A stretch of 64,000 nt of DNA. Origin: Gammaproteobacteria bacterium (lineage in GTDB: Bacteria; Pseudomonadota; Gammaproteobacteria; Eutrophobiales; Eutrophobiaceae). The stretch lies in NCBI GenBank assembly GCA_965250225.1, contig CBDFNQ010000028.1, positions 12,438-76,437 of the forward strand. Reading direction: 5' to 3'. Both the position numbers and the translations under genes were made by a program. The notes beneath the pieces are model-generated. The model saw nothing but the letters and a program-made list of their open reading frames with translations, did not search any database and was not told the origin of the DNA. Positions within the stretch are counted from its first letter, which is position 1, and every line of letters starts with the position of its first letter. Shown here one piece after another: positions 48,401-56,670 of this stretch.

Positions 48401-49230
48401 TCTTCAATATATTGACGTAAGTCTTTGGGACCTAAAGCACAATTAAGTCCAATACTGATGGGATTTGAATGTCGGACTGAATTCCAGAAGGCCTCGCTGG
48501 TTTGCCCGGTTAAGGTGCGGCCAGAAGCATCGGTAATGGTGCCGGAGATCATGATCGGCAGGCGTACATCGTGCTCATCGAAATATTGGTCAATGGCGAA
48601 CAGGGCGGCCTTGGCATTTAGGGTATCGAATATGGTTTCGACCAGTAACAGATCAGAACCACCATCAACCAGGCCTCGAATGGCTTCTGTATAGGCCTCG
48701 ACGAGTTCCATGTAGGTAATATTTCGAAAGCCAGGATTATTCACATCGGGTGAGATCGAACAGGTGCGGTTGGTCGGACCCATCACTCCTGCGACGAATT
48801 TCAGATTTCCTTCGGCCGCTCCTGCGCTTCCTGCGCCCGCGGCATTTGTACTTCCATGTACATCATTTTTCTTTTCATATCTATCAGCGACTTCACGAGC
48901 GAGTTTTGCACCTTCCTTGTTCAATTCATAGACCAGATCTTCCATCTGGTAATCTGCCATTGCAATCGAGGTGGAGTTGAAGGTGTTGGTCTCGACAATA
49001 TCCGCACCGGCATCGAAATACGCAGTATGGATAGCGCGCAGAATATCGGGTTGGGTTAGGGTCAATAGATCATTATTCCCCTGTACGTCACAGGGATGAT
49101 CCGCAAATCGTTCACCACGATAATCCGCTTCCTCTAGTTTATAGGACTGGATCATGGTACCCATGGCGCCATCCAGGATCAGGATGCGTTCTTCGAGAAG
49201 TTTTTTTATCAGGTCTGTTTTGTCTGTCAT
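45475..49230 (-). CDS. metH: Cobalamin-dependent methionine synthase
   Basis: 1251 aa with all modules: Hcy-binding (GAMGT), pterin-binding, B12-binding ([10 protein letters not shown]) and the AdoMet activation domain. Confidence 0.95.
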   Translation of the reverse strand: MTDKTDLIKKLLEERILILDGAMGTMIQSYKLEEADYRGERFADHPCDVQGNNDLLTLTQPDILRAIHTAYFDAGADIVETNTFNSTSIAMADYQMEDLVYELNKEGAKLAREVADRYEKKNDVHGSTNAAGAGSAGAAEGNLKFVAGVMGPTNRTCSISPDVNNPGFRNITYMELVEAYTEAIRGLVDGGSDLLLVETIFDTLNAKAALFAIDQYFDEHDVRLPIMISGTITDASGRTLTGQTSEAFWNSVRHSNPISIGLNCALGPKDLRQYIEELSSFSQTHISAHPNAGLPNEFGEYDLDPEPMAEHIKEWAESGFLNIVGGCCGTTPDHIRVMAEVVKGLAPRKIPDLPIVQRLSGLEPFGITSELNFVNVGERTNVAGSPRFLKLVKEEEDLEAALEVARQQVENGAQIIDVCMDEGMLESEELMAEFLKLIASEPDISRVPIMIDSSKWSVIEAGLRCVQGKGIVNSISLKEGEEKFIKQAKLVKRYGAAVVVMAFDEQGQADTTDRRFEVCKRSYDILVNEVGFPPEDIIFDPNILTVATGMEEHNNYAVSFFEATRLIKEHLPHALVSGGLSNVSFSFRGNNPVREAMHSAFLYHGIQAGMDMGIVNAGQLGIYDEIPKDLLHNIEDVLLNCSDDATDNLVEFAESVKPGATKEKKVDLEWRKGTIGERLTHALVKGIAEFIEEDTEEVRQQADKPIHVIEGPLMDGMNVVGDLFGAGKMFLPQVVKSARVMKKAVAYLLPFIEAEKGEGEIKSNGKIIMATVKGDVHDIGKNIVGVVLQCNNFEIIDLGVMVPAQKILDTAREQKADIIGLSGLITPSLDEMVHVAKEMQRQNFILPIMIGGATTSRAHTAVKIDPGYEQTVVHVKDASRAVGVSTKLLSVDMKEDFVKEIKTEYDTVRERHKGKQSKIKWLTIEQARANRFQADWKKYTPPVPKELGIAVFDDYPLDELAECIDWTPFFIAWELAGKYPRILEDKIVGKEATKLFEDAKDMLEKIVSEKWFAAKGVFGLFPANSIGHDDIDVYTSEKRDGLLTTLHSLRQQTQKPPGQANYALADFLAPEETHVKDYIGAFAVATGFGMEDRIKQFEDDHDDYSAIILKALADRFAEAFAERLHQRIRKEFWGYTLDEGLDNDALIAEKYQGIRPAPGYPACPDHTEKGLLWKLLNVEKNTEITITESFAMYPTAAVSGFYFSHPDSRYFGLGKINRDQVEDYSHRKAMSRTQVERWLMPNLGYDPETSD

Positions 49231-49320
49231 GTCGCTAAAGTTTTAAGTATTGCAAAAGAAGCGATTGAACATTCATGAAGGGTTCCTCGCTTCGCTTATT
49301 GTGTTTATTAACAATTAAGC

Positions 49321-49400
49321 GAGCGCGGTTATCAAATCTATGGTCTGAGCCTGGCGGATCATAAACTTTCAGAACCGTCGCAACGCTCCTCAGACAACGA
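49321..49400 (-). promoter_or_regulatory. SAH (S-adenosylhomocysteine) riboswitch in the metH leader
   Basis: The minus strand reads cugaGGAGCGuUGCGAC-ggttctgaaagtttatgatcc-GCCAGGCUCAGac...AACcGCGCUC. A TATAAT sits on the minus strand at 49411-49406. It lies ~90 nt upstream of the metH ATG. Confidence 0.7.
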
Positions 49401-49450
49401 GCTGGATTATATTCTTGATACTCTCCTGTTTCCAGTAAAGAAGGGCTGAA

Positions 49451-49479
49451 TTGACAATGAATAAATATCCTATTAGATT
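49451..49479 (+). promoter_or_regulatory. Sigma-70-like promoter for the btuB leader
   Basis: TTGACA (49451-49456), a 17-nt spacer, then TAGATT (49474-49479). Confidence 0.4.
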
Positions 49480-49486
49480 CGCAACC

Positions 49487-49700
49487 TCATACCTCAGGTG
49501 CCCTGATTTCAATCGAATGATGGGGTAAACGGGAATTCGGTGTGTTTGTCAGATTGTTGACAACAAATCCGAAGCTGCCCCCGCAACGGTAAGTGAGATA
49601 AGTTCTGTTACCCAGCCACTGTGCCCAGGAATATACATGGACATGGGAAGGCGATAGAACCGATGCATTGCATTTCTCATGAGCCCGGATACCGGCCTGA
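49487..49700 (+). promoter_or_regulatory. Cobalamin riboswitch
   Basis: ggtgcc...aacgggaattcggtg...aatccgaagctgcccccgcaacggtaa...agccactg...gggaaggc, and the B12 box agcccggataccggcc (49682-49697). Confidence 0.85.
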
Positions 49701-49840
49701 CGTTTAATAAACTACGCTGCGGACGGCAGTTAAGGTCGATTTATGGAAGACAGATCATTCTGTGATCCATCATATTGCCTTTCTGATCTCCCAGTTTACA
49801 TACAATCAAGCGGTGTGGCGGGCACCCTGGGGAATTTTTA

Positions 49841-51832
49841 ATGTTAAGAGTAATTTGTCGATATCTTATTTTATTATTTATCTCGAATAGTGCCATTGGA
49901 TCTGATACCAAAGAACTGGAAACACTTGTTGTCAGTGCAACGCGTTGGGAAACGTTGGGTACACCGACAGCAACCAGTGTAAGCACAATAACACGAGATC
50001 AAATTATTGAATCTGGTGCAATAAATATTATAGATGTATTAAAGGGTCAAGGAGGAATACAGGTTCAGGATCTATTTGGAGATGGTAGCCGATCTACTAT
50101 ATCAATGCGTGGATTTGGAAATAACGGTGGTTCCAATACACTTATATTAGTTGATGGTAGGCGTTTGAATAATACGGATTTAAAAACACCAGATTTAAGT
50201 TTTATTTCATTAAAGGATGTTGAACGAATAGAAATCATCCAAGGAAGTGCATCTGTTTTATATGGTGATCATGCAGTTGGTGGAGCAATAAACATCATAA
50301 CCCAAAAAACAGATAAGCTGAATATTGGTGGGGAAGCTGGTTACGGTAGTTACAATCATCAATACCAACAATTAAATGCATCAAATCGATTTGAAAATGG
50401 TGTAGGTGTACGCCTATCAGTTGAAAGACGTTTGTCTGATAATTTTCGTAATCAAAATGCACTCGATAATGACAATTTTTTTTCAAACATAAGTTACGAA
50501 TGGGAACGCGGTGATATTTTTGTTGAATATATCCACACTGATGAAGACCTGCAAACACCCGGTGCAATTTTTCAGCAACAAATCGCTGTTTCACGTAAAT
50601 CAATAGGACCATTCAGTGTAGGCGATTTTAATGACACTGTTTCCGACACAGGACGAATAGGCAGTTCATTTTCATTGACCCCAAACTGGTCGTTTGCTGT
50701 TGAATATACTCATCGTAATGAAGATATCGATGGCTTAATTTCTAATACTGAATTTAATCAACATAGATTGGCTCGTTCATTCAACCCTCGCCTGCGAGGT
50801 AATATTTCTTTAGGTAAACAAAATCTCCAACTTGTTGTTGGAGCTGATATAGAAAACACGGAATATAAAATAATCTCAGGTGTCGGTGACACAATCAATG
50901 ATCAGGAGATGAATGCTGTTTATTCACTTATGACCTGGAAAATAAATCATCAGGTTTCATTGGTTGGAGGTGTACGCTATGCAGAGATGGAAAATGACAG
51001 TTTTAAGCGTGATCCTTTTACTGCCTTTCCATTAGCTATGGATACCTTTGTTCGTAAAGTCAATGAGGATGAACAAACTGCTAATTCGTTCGGTATTTTA
51101 TTTACACCAACTGATAGATGGCGTTTGTTTGCCAAACGTGAAACGACTTTTCGCTTTCCTCTGGCTGACGAACTTACAGGAACGGTTGTTTTGTTTGACG
51201 ATCTTGAAACTCAGACAGGAAGATCTTATGAAGCAGGGATTGAATGGCAAAATTACTCAATACATACCAAGCTGGTTGGGTATAAACTGGATCTGGATGA
51301 TGAAATTGCTTTTGATCCATTACTGAACTTTGGTGTTGGAGCTAATATAAATTTCGATCCAACAGAACGATTGGGTCTAATTTATGAACTGAATATATCA
51401 CCCATTGATGATTTGGATATTGGTGTTCAATATTCATATGTCGATGCCAGTTTTGATAGCGGGCAATTTTCCGGCAATCAAATACCAATGGTGGCTGAAC
51501 ATCAGTTACATTTAAATTCAGCCTATCGTTTCTGGCCAAACTGGAGCTTGTACGGGGAAATATTTATAATAAGTGGCAGAGTTGCTGCTGGTGATCTTGA
51601 TGATGCTTTCTCAAATTTGCTAGGTTATAGTATAGGAAATATTAATCTTAGATATGACAATGATAGTTTTTCACTTTCTGCGAAATTGAATAATATTTTA
51701 GATAAAGAATACAGTAGCTCTGCTGCTACAGGATTTAGTCCGTTTCTTCCTGGCTTTGGAGGAACAGACACAGGCTTTTTTCCAGCTCCAGAACGTAATT
51801 TTATGTTAAGTTTGAGTTATAATTATGATTAA
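49841..51832 (+). CDS. btuB: TonB-dependent vitamin B12 receptor
   Basis: Signal peptide, TonB box ETLVVSATR, plug motifs (RGFG...LILVDGRRLN) and a barrel. Directly behind a cobalamin riboswitch. Confidence 0.85.
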   Translation: MLRVICRYLILLFISNSAIGSDTKELETLVVSATRWETLGTPTATSVSTITRDQIIESGAINIIDVLKGQGGIQVQDLFGDGSRSTISMRGFGNNGGSNTLILVDGRRLNNTDLKTPDLSFISLKDVERIEIIQGSASVLYGDHAVGGAINIITQKTDKLNIGGEAGYGSYNHQYQQLNASNRFENGVGVRLSVERRLSDNFRNQNALDNDNFFSNISYEWERGDIFVEYIHTDEDLQTPGAIFQQQIAVSRKSIGPFSVGDFNDTVSDTGRIGSSFSLTPNWSFAVEYTHRNEDIDGLISNTEFNQHRLARSFNPRLRGNISLGKQNLQLVVGADIENTEYKIISGVGDTINDQEMNAVYSLMTWKINHQVSLVGGVRYAEMENDSFKRDPFTAFPLAMDTFVRKVNEDEQTANSFGILFTPTDRWRLFAKRETTFRFPLADELTGTVVLFDDLETQTGRSYEAGIEWQNYSIHTKLVGYKLDLDDEIAFDPLLNFGVGANINFDPTERLGLIYELNISPIDDLDIGVQYSYVDASFDSGQFSGNQIPMVAEHQLHLNSAYRFWPNWSLYGEIFIISGRVAAGDLDDAFSNLLGYSIGNINLRYDNDSFSLSAKLNNILDKEYSSSAATGFSPFLPGFGGTDTGFFPAPERNFMLSLSYNYD

Positions 51833-51853
51833 TTTATCACGGGGTAGATAAGC

Positions 51854-52387
51854 ATGATACAAATAAAAGGCAATTCTGTTTTTTTATATGGCCTGATTAT
51901 TCTGGTGGTATTATCACGACTCATCCCACATCCGCTCAATTTTACCCCTGTAGGTGCGCTCGGTCTTTTTGCGGGGGCCTATATAATTGATAAAAGAGCA
52001 TGGTTGTTGCCTCTTTGCGCCTTGCTATTGAGTGATTTTGTTATAGGATTTTATGAACCAGTTGCCATGTTGTTTGTATATCTTGGATTTGTCTTGAGTG
52101 TTTTTATTGGGCGATTGATTTTGTTTGAAAAACGCACAGCATTAAGGCTTGGTGGGGCAGCCATCACTTCAGCCACTCTATTCTTCATTGTGTCAAATTT
52201 CGGAACATGGTTAACAGGCATACTTTATCCTATGTCATTCAGTGGATTGATTGAATGTTATATTGCTGCGATACCGTTTTTTGGTAATACCCTTGCGGGG
52301 AATCTCATTTATAGCCTGATTGCTTTCGGACTGTTTGAATATTATCGATCATATAAAGCGGGTGTTGATAAGCTGCTAACAAATTGA
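51854..52387 (+). CDS. Small polytopic membrane protein (DUF6580 / ECF-S-component-like), candidate inner-membrane cobalamin transporter
   Basis: About six hydrophobic helices. LSRLIPHPLNFTPVGALGLFAGAY at the N-terminus. Sits between btuB and the adenosyltransferase. Confidence 0.45.
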   Translation: MIQIKGNSVFLYGLIILVVLSRLIPHPLNFTPVGALGLFAGAYIIDKRAWLLPLCALLLSDFVIGFYEPVAMLFVYLGFVLSVFIGRLILFEKRTALRLGGAAITSATLFFIVSNFGTWLTGILYPMSFSGLIECYIAAIPFFGNTLAGNLIYSLIAFGLFEYYRSYKAGVDKLLTN

Positions 52388-52398
52388 GTAATATTTAA

Positions 52399-52959
52399 AT
52401 GTCAAATAGACTGACCAAAATTTACACCAAAACCGGTGATGGTGGTACAACAGGTTTGGCCGATGGTTCACGTGTGAGTAAGGATTCTTTGCGTGTTGAT
52501 GTGATAGGGGAGCTGGACGAATTAAATAGCGTGATCGGTGTTTTAATGGTCAATCAATTGCCCGATGATATCGATAGTTATTTATTAAATATTCAACACG
52601 GGCTATTCGATATCGGTGGGGAATTGGCAATACCGGGTAATGCAAAGATTCATCCCGGACTCATTGAGAATATAGAAGAAATCATCAAAACCTATAACAG
52701 TGAATTGCCACCATTGAAAGAATTCATATTGCCTGGTGGAAATATATCCGGAGCAGTTTGTCATATGGCACGCAGCGTTTGTCGACGACTGGAAAGAAAG
52801 CTTGTGATGCTTTCTAAAGATGAATACGTTAATCCTTATACTCTTAGTTATATGAATCGTTTATCGGATCTGCTCTTTGTTTTTGCCAGGACATTAGTTT
52901 TACATAAAGGAGATAAGGAAATTTACTGGAAGAGCGAACGATTAAAAAAATTAATATAA
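52399..52959 (+). CDS. PduO-type ATP:cob(I)alamin adenosyltransferase
   Basis: IYTKTGDGGTTGLADGSRVSKDSLRVDVIGELDELNSVIG...MNRLSDLLF. Confidence 0.85.
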   Translation: MSNRLTKIYTKTGDGGTTGLADGSRVSKDSLRVDVIGELDELNSVIGVLMVNQLPDDIDSYLLNIQHGLFDIGGELAIPGNAKIHPGLIENIEEIIKTYNSELPPLKEFILPGGNISGAVCHMARSVCRRLERKLVMLSKDEYVNPYTLSYMNRLSDLLFVFARTLVLHKGDKEIYWKSERLKKLI

Positions 52960-52961
52960 GA

Positions 52962-53621
52962 CTATTTTGTTAGTTTCATCACTCGTCCTTCGCGTTGCAT
53001 ATCGAGTTTGTTTAAAAAAGAGTTGCCGAGCAAGACGACCGTAGGAGAGTCACTGTCGTGTACACTGCCTTTCACATCTCGCAATTCAATATCGCCAACT
53101 TTCACTCTTTTCAAATTCATAATATAGATGGTAGATAGGCCGTTTGCTGTTTGTGATTGTGATTTTTCACCTTCCAGTTTGTAATTCAAACCAATTCGTT
53201 TTGCCACATTACGATTCATGGATACAAATGTTGCGCCAGTGTCGAGAACAAACTCAACCTGAAATCCATTTATACTGCCGCCTAGAAAATACATGCCACG
53301 TGAATTTGGCGCCAGTATCAAGGTTGTTTTTTTCGTTGTGTTTTTGAAGACATTACTAATATGTGAACCAAGCTTTAATGTCCGTTGTTCACCGTTAATC
53401 TCTATTACAGCCTGGTCACTGTTTGCCGAGATCAGCAATACCCCTTCCGGGCTGCGTTTACCCTTTTTAATAAGTCTTTGTTTGCCATCGATATTGAACA
53501 TTGCTTGATCTTTGAATAAAGCAACGACACCTATCTTCTCGACGGCATAGACAATATTTGGTGATAATAGTAGAGAAAACAGCAATAGCCATTTTGGTTT
53601 TGATAAAAACATACTGCGCAT
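52962..53621 (-). CDS. Retropepsin-like (clan AA) aspartic protease, secreted or membrane-anchored
   Basis: Signal/anchor, then FVLDTGATFVSMN (DTG active site). The start is uncertain (53621 or 53660). Confidence 0.65.
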   Translation of the reverse strand: MRSMFLSKPKWLLLFSLLLSPNIVYAVEKIGVVALFKDQAMFNIDGKQRLIKKGKRSPEGVLLISANSDQAVIEINGEQRTLKLGSHISNVFKNTTKKTTLILAPNSRGMYFLGGSINGFQVEFVLDTGATFVSMNRNVAKRIGLNYKLEGEKSQSQTANGLSTIYIMNLKRVKVGDIELRDVKGSVHDSDSPTVVLLGNSFLNKLDMQREGRVMKLTK

Positions 53622-53690
53622 TGTGACATCCTGTTTCAATCTAAGGAACCTCTGTATCATCCGATACTTGAAAAGGTAAAGTATAAGCAG

Positions 53691-54592
53691 TTACTGGTCA
53701 ATACATTCAATAGACCTTCTTTGTAGTATTTTCGTTCGATCCCAATGCGTTATTGCCCATTGTAAAATTTCTTTCGTTGACGCTTTTACTAATGTCACAT
53801 CGGGGTTTTGCTGTAAAAGAATCAAAGTCTCTAATAATAATTTTGCAGACTGTGTTGTGTCTACTGGTCTGGCGTGGGTTTGTTTGCTTAATTTATCACC
53901 GTTTGCATCAACAGCAATGGGCAAGTGGACATAATCTGGAGTGTGAAGGGCCAGTACCTGTTGCAGATAAATCTGTCTTGGTGTCGAATCAAGCAGATCA
54001 TAACCACGTATGATATCTGTAATGCCTGCATCAGCGTCATCAACAACCGTTGCAAGGTGATAACTCATTATTTTATCTGCTCGGTGCACAATAAAATCCC
54101 CGACCTCTTCTTCCAGCTTTGAGTATATTCACCTTGCAAGCCATCATTCAATGTGATTGTTTCCCGAGTCGTTAAAACACGTAAGCAATGCTGTTGAGTG
54201 ACTTCAATGTTATGACGACAGGTTCCAGGATACGGCCCATGCGTTAAATTTTTTCGTGAACAGGTACAAGGATAAGTCAATTTTTTTTCTATTAACTCTG
54301 TAAGAGTAGATTGATAGCGGTTTTGATTATTTTGTTGGTAAACGATATCGCCGTCCCATTCAAAACCGATGGTTTCCAGCGCTTTGAGTATTTCAATGGA
54401 GAATTCGGGTTTGCAGCGTAGATGATCAATATCATCCATACGAATAAACCATTTGCCATTATGATGCCTGGCATCTAGATAGCTGCCGAGTGCTGCTATT
54501 AACGATCCAAAATGTAACGGTCCAGTCGGAGAGGGAGCGAATCTGCCTCGGTATAATTTTTTTTCTTTGGCTGGATTGCCAGTGGAAATCAT
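53691..54592 (-). pseudogene. gluQ: Glutamyl-Q tRNA(Asp) synthetase, frameshifted
   Basis: N-terminal ORF: YRGRFAPSPTGPLHFGSLIAALGSY (HIGH-like)...LQGEYTQ. C-terminal ORF frame: LEEEVGDFIVHRADKIMSYHLATVVDD...LSKQ. The switch lies within 54090-54128. Confidence 0.8.
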
Positions 54593-54672
54593 CTATTCCC
54601 ACTCATCATGAGAATAGCTGATGTTCTTGCTTGAGTACGGAATAGTTGAAAATAAATATCTGTGTAAATAAT

Positions 54673-55281
54673 TTAACGTGCGCGATCGTCATGGTCACTG
54701 AATTGTTTTTTTCTCAATTCTCGGCGCTCTTGTGCTTCTATACAGAGGGTAGCTACCGGTCTGGCTTCAAGACGTTTCAGGCCGATTTCTTCTCCGGTCT
54801 CATCACAATAACCATAAGAACCGTCACCAATCCTGTTCAAGGCAGCATTGATTTTTAACACCAGCTTTCTTTCCCTGTCACGGGTACGAAGTTCCAGACC
54901 AAATTCTTCTTCTTGTGTTGCACGGTCAGCCGGGTCAGGAAAATTACTGGCATCCTCTTTCATGTGCTCGACTGTACGACCAACTTCATCGATAAGCTCT
55001 TGCTTCCAGTCGAGTAATATTTCACGAAAATGCTCAAGCTGAGCGTCGTTCATATAATCTTCATTCTTTTTCGCTTTATATGGAACGAAGTCCTTGCTGG
55101 GACCATCCGTTTTAACGCCTGTCTTTCTGGAAACAGTTTTTTTCTTTGCTGTTTTCTTGGTCACGGCTTTCTTTGCTGTTTTCTTGGCAACATTTTTTTT
55201 GGCGACCTTTTTCTTGGTCACGGCTTTCTTTGCTATTTTCTTAGCTACTTTTTTCTTTGCCGTTTTTTTCTTTTCGGCCAT
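54673..55281 (-). CDS. dksA: DksA-family RNA polymerase-binding factor, with a CxxT/CxxA (Zn-finger-less) C-terminus and a ~55-aa Lys/Ala-rich N-terminal extension
   Basis: YMNDAQLEHFREILLDWKQEL...DPADRATQEEEFGLELRTRDRERKL...YGYCDETGEEIGLKRLEARPVATLCIEAQE. N-terminus AKKKVAKKIAKKAVTKKKVAKKNVAKKTAKKAVTKK. Confidence 0.85.
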   Translation of the reverse strand: MAEKKKTAKKKVAKKIAKKAVTKKKVAKKNVAKKTAKKAVTKKTAKKKTVSRKTGVKTDGPSKDFVPYKAKKNEDYMNDAQLEHFREILLDWKQELIDEVGRTVEHMKEDASNFPDPADRATQEEEFGLELRTRDRERKLVLKINAALNRIGDGSYGYCDETGEEIGLKRLEARPVATLCIEAQERRELRKKQFSDHDDRAR

Positions 55282-55361
55282 GGTTTTAGTTCCTTAAATA
55301 TGAGCTGATAAAAATCAAGCCGACATTTTTACCAGAAAGGATTAACAGAGGCAAACGGGAA

Positions 55362-56075
55362 TTAGCTTTTTTGTTCATTCTTTTTAAATTCATTGACCCA
55401 GAGTTTTGTTGCGCCACAGACAGCGACTGGCATAACAATGAAATTTATCACTGGAATTAAGGCCATAAGCATAGTGGCACTACCAAATCCGAGTGCCAGA
55501 CGTCTGTGTTGTTTGATGATTAATCGTTCTTGTTTAAATGTCATGCCATGGTTAGACATTGGAAAATCAAGGTACTCCAGAGCCAGCATCCAGGCACCGA
55601 AAAGTATCCACAGTAGCTGCAATCCGGGAATAAATAACAAAATTAATAATGGAATTGCACGCACGAGAAAATAGAGAAATTTGCTGATTTCTGAGGCTAT
55701 GGCTTTAATAATTTCCTTGCTGAGAGGCACGCTGGAGCTTGTGATTTTTTTACCATCTAAATGTGATTCTACTGTTTCGGCAAGAAAACCATTGAATGGG
55801 GCGGCAATCAGATTCGCAAGAATAGAAAAAGTGAAGAAAACAATAGTCATAGTCACCAGTATAAATAAAGGCCAGAGTAACCATTCTAGCCATTGCCACC
55901 AACCACTAAAATCCTTCATAAAATCATCCAGTTGATGAATACCAAACAGGATGGCACAGGAGAATAATATAATGTTTACTAAAGTGGGTATTAGCACGTA
56001 TTTTCTGATGCCAGGTTTGCTGATCAAAGCAAAACCGGAAAAGAGATACGAAAACCCACGAATAAACTCATTCAT
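55362..56075 (-). CDS. cysZ: CysZ-family sulfate transporter
   Basis: FIRGFSYLFSGFALISKPGIRKYVLIPTLVNIILF. Polytopic, ~240 aa. Confidence 0.7.
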   Translation of the reverse strand: MNEFIRGFSYLFSGFALISKPGIRKYVLIPTLVNIILFSCAILFGIHQLDDFMKDFSGWWQWLEWLLWPLFILVTMTIVFFTFSILANLIAAPFNGFLAETVESHLDGKKITSSSVPLSKEIIKAIASEISKFLYFLVRAIPLLILLFIPGLQLLWILFGAWMLALEYLDFPMSNHGMTFKQERLIIKQHRRLALGFGSATMLMALIPVINFIVMPVAVCGATKLWVNEFKKNEQKS

Positions 56076-56084
56076 AAACCGTAC

Positions 56085-56474
56085 TCAGGGTAGTTCAACA
56101 CGTGCCGGAGGCTGCCAATGGGTTTGTTTATGTTCTGCTACCACAGTGGTATAGATCCCTCCACGGACATTAAACTTGGCGCTGACACGGAGAAATTTAG
56201 GCGACATTACAGTAACCAGATCTGCCAGGATTTCGTTGGTTACAGCCTCATGAAAGGCTCCCTGGTCACGAAAATGCCAGATATACATTTTTAGAGCCTT
56301 GAGTTCGACACAGAGTTCATCTGGCACATAGGCAATCTCTATTGTGGCGAAGTCCGGCTGGCCAGTTTTAGGGCACAAACAGGTGAATTCAGGCACAGTA
56401 ATGCGAATGGTGTAGTCATTTTCTGGTGCAGGATTGGCAAAGGTTTCTAAAATACCAGGTGCAGCTATCGGCAT
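56085..56474 (-). CDS. queF: NADPH-dependent 7-cyano-7-deazaguanine reductase (unimodular QueF)
   Basis: [21 protein letters not shown]...[13 protein letters not shown]...FHE. Confidence 0.85.
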   Translation of the reverse strand: MPIAAPGILETFANPAPENDYTIRITVPEFTCLCPKTGQPDFATIEIAYVPDELCVELKALKMYIWHFRDQGAFHEAVTNEILADLVTVMSPKFLRVSAKFNVRGGIYTTVVAEHKQTHWQPPARVELP

Positions 56475-56670
56475 GTTTAATTACTCAATATTTTTAAGCG
56501 GCGAACCATAGCACAAAAATGCTGGGCAGACTTTAGCAGACTTAATAAATTGGATTAATTAGTTAATAAAAATTTAATATATTCATATATTTAAAGCTAT
56601 TATTTAATGTAAATAATAGTTTTAAGTTTCGCTTGTATGAAGCGATTTAACTCTGCTATTGTTACGCCCT

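Noticed and set aside
55030-55308. Phe/Leu-rich ORFs on the plus strand over the dksA 5' region.
   Set aside because: They are the complement of the AAG/AAA-rich Lys tract of dksA, so they are a composition artefact.
56597-56619. 10-bp inverted repeat ctattattta-atg-taaataatag upstream of smc.
   Set aside because: It is made almost entirely of A/T in an AT-rich promoter region. It is likely chance, and there is no second copy.
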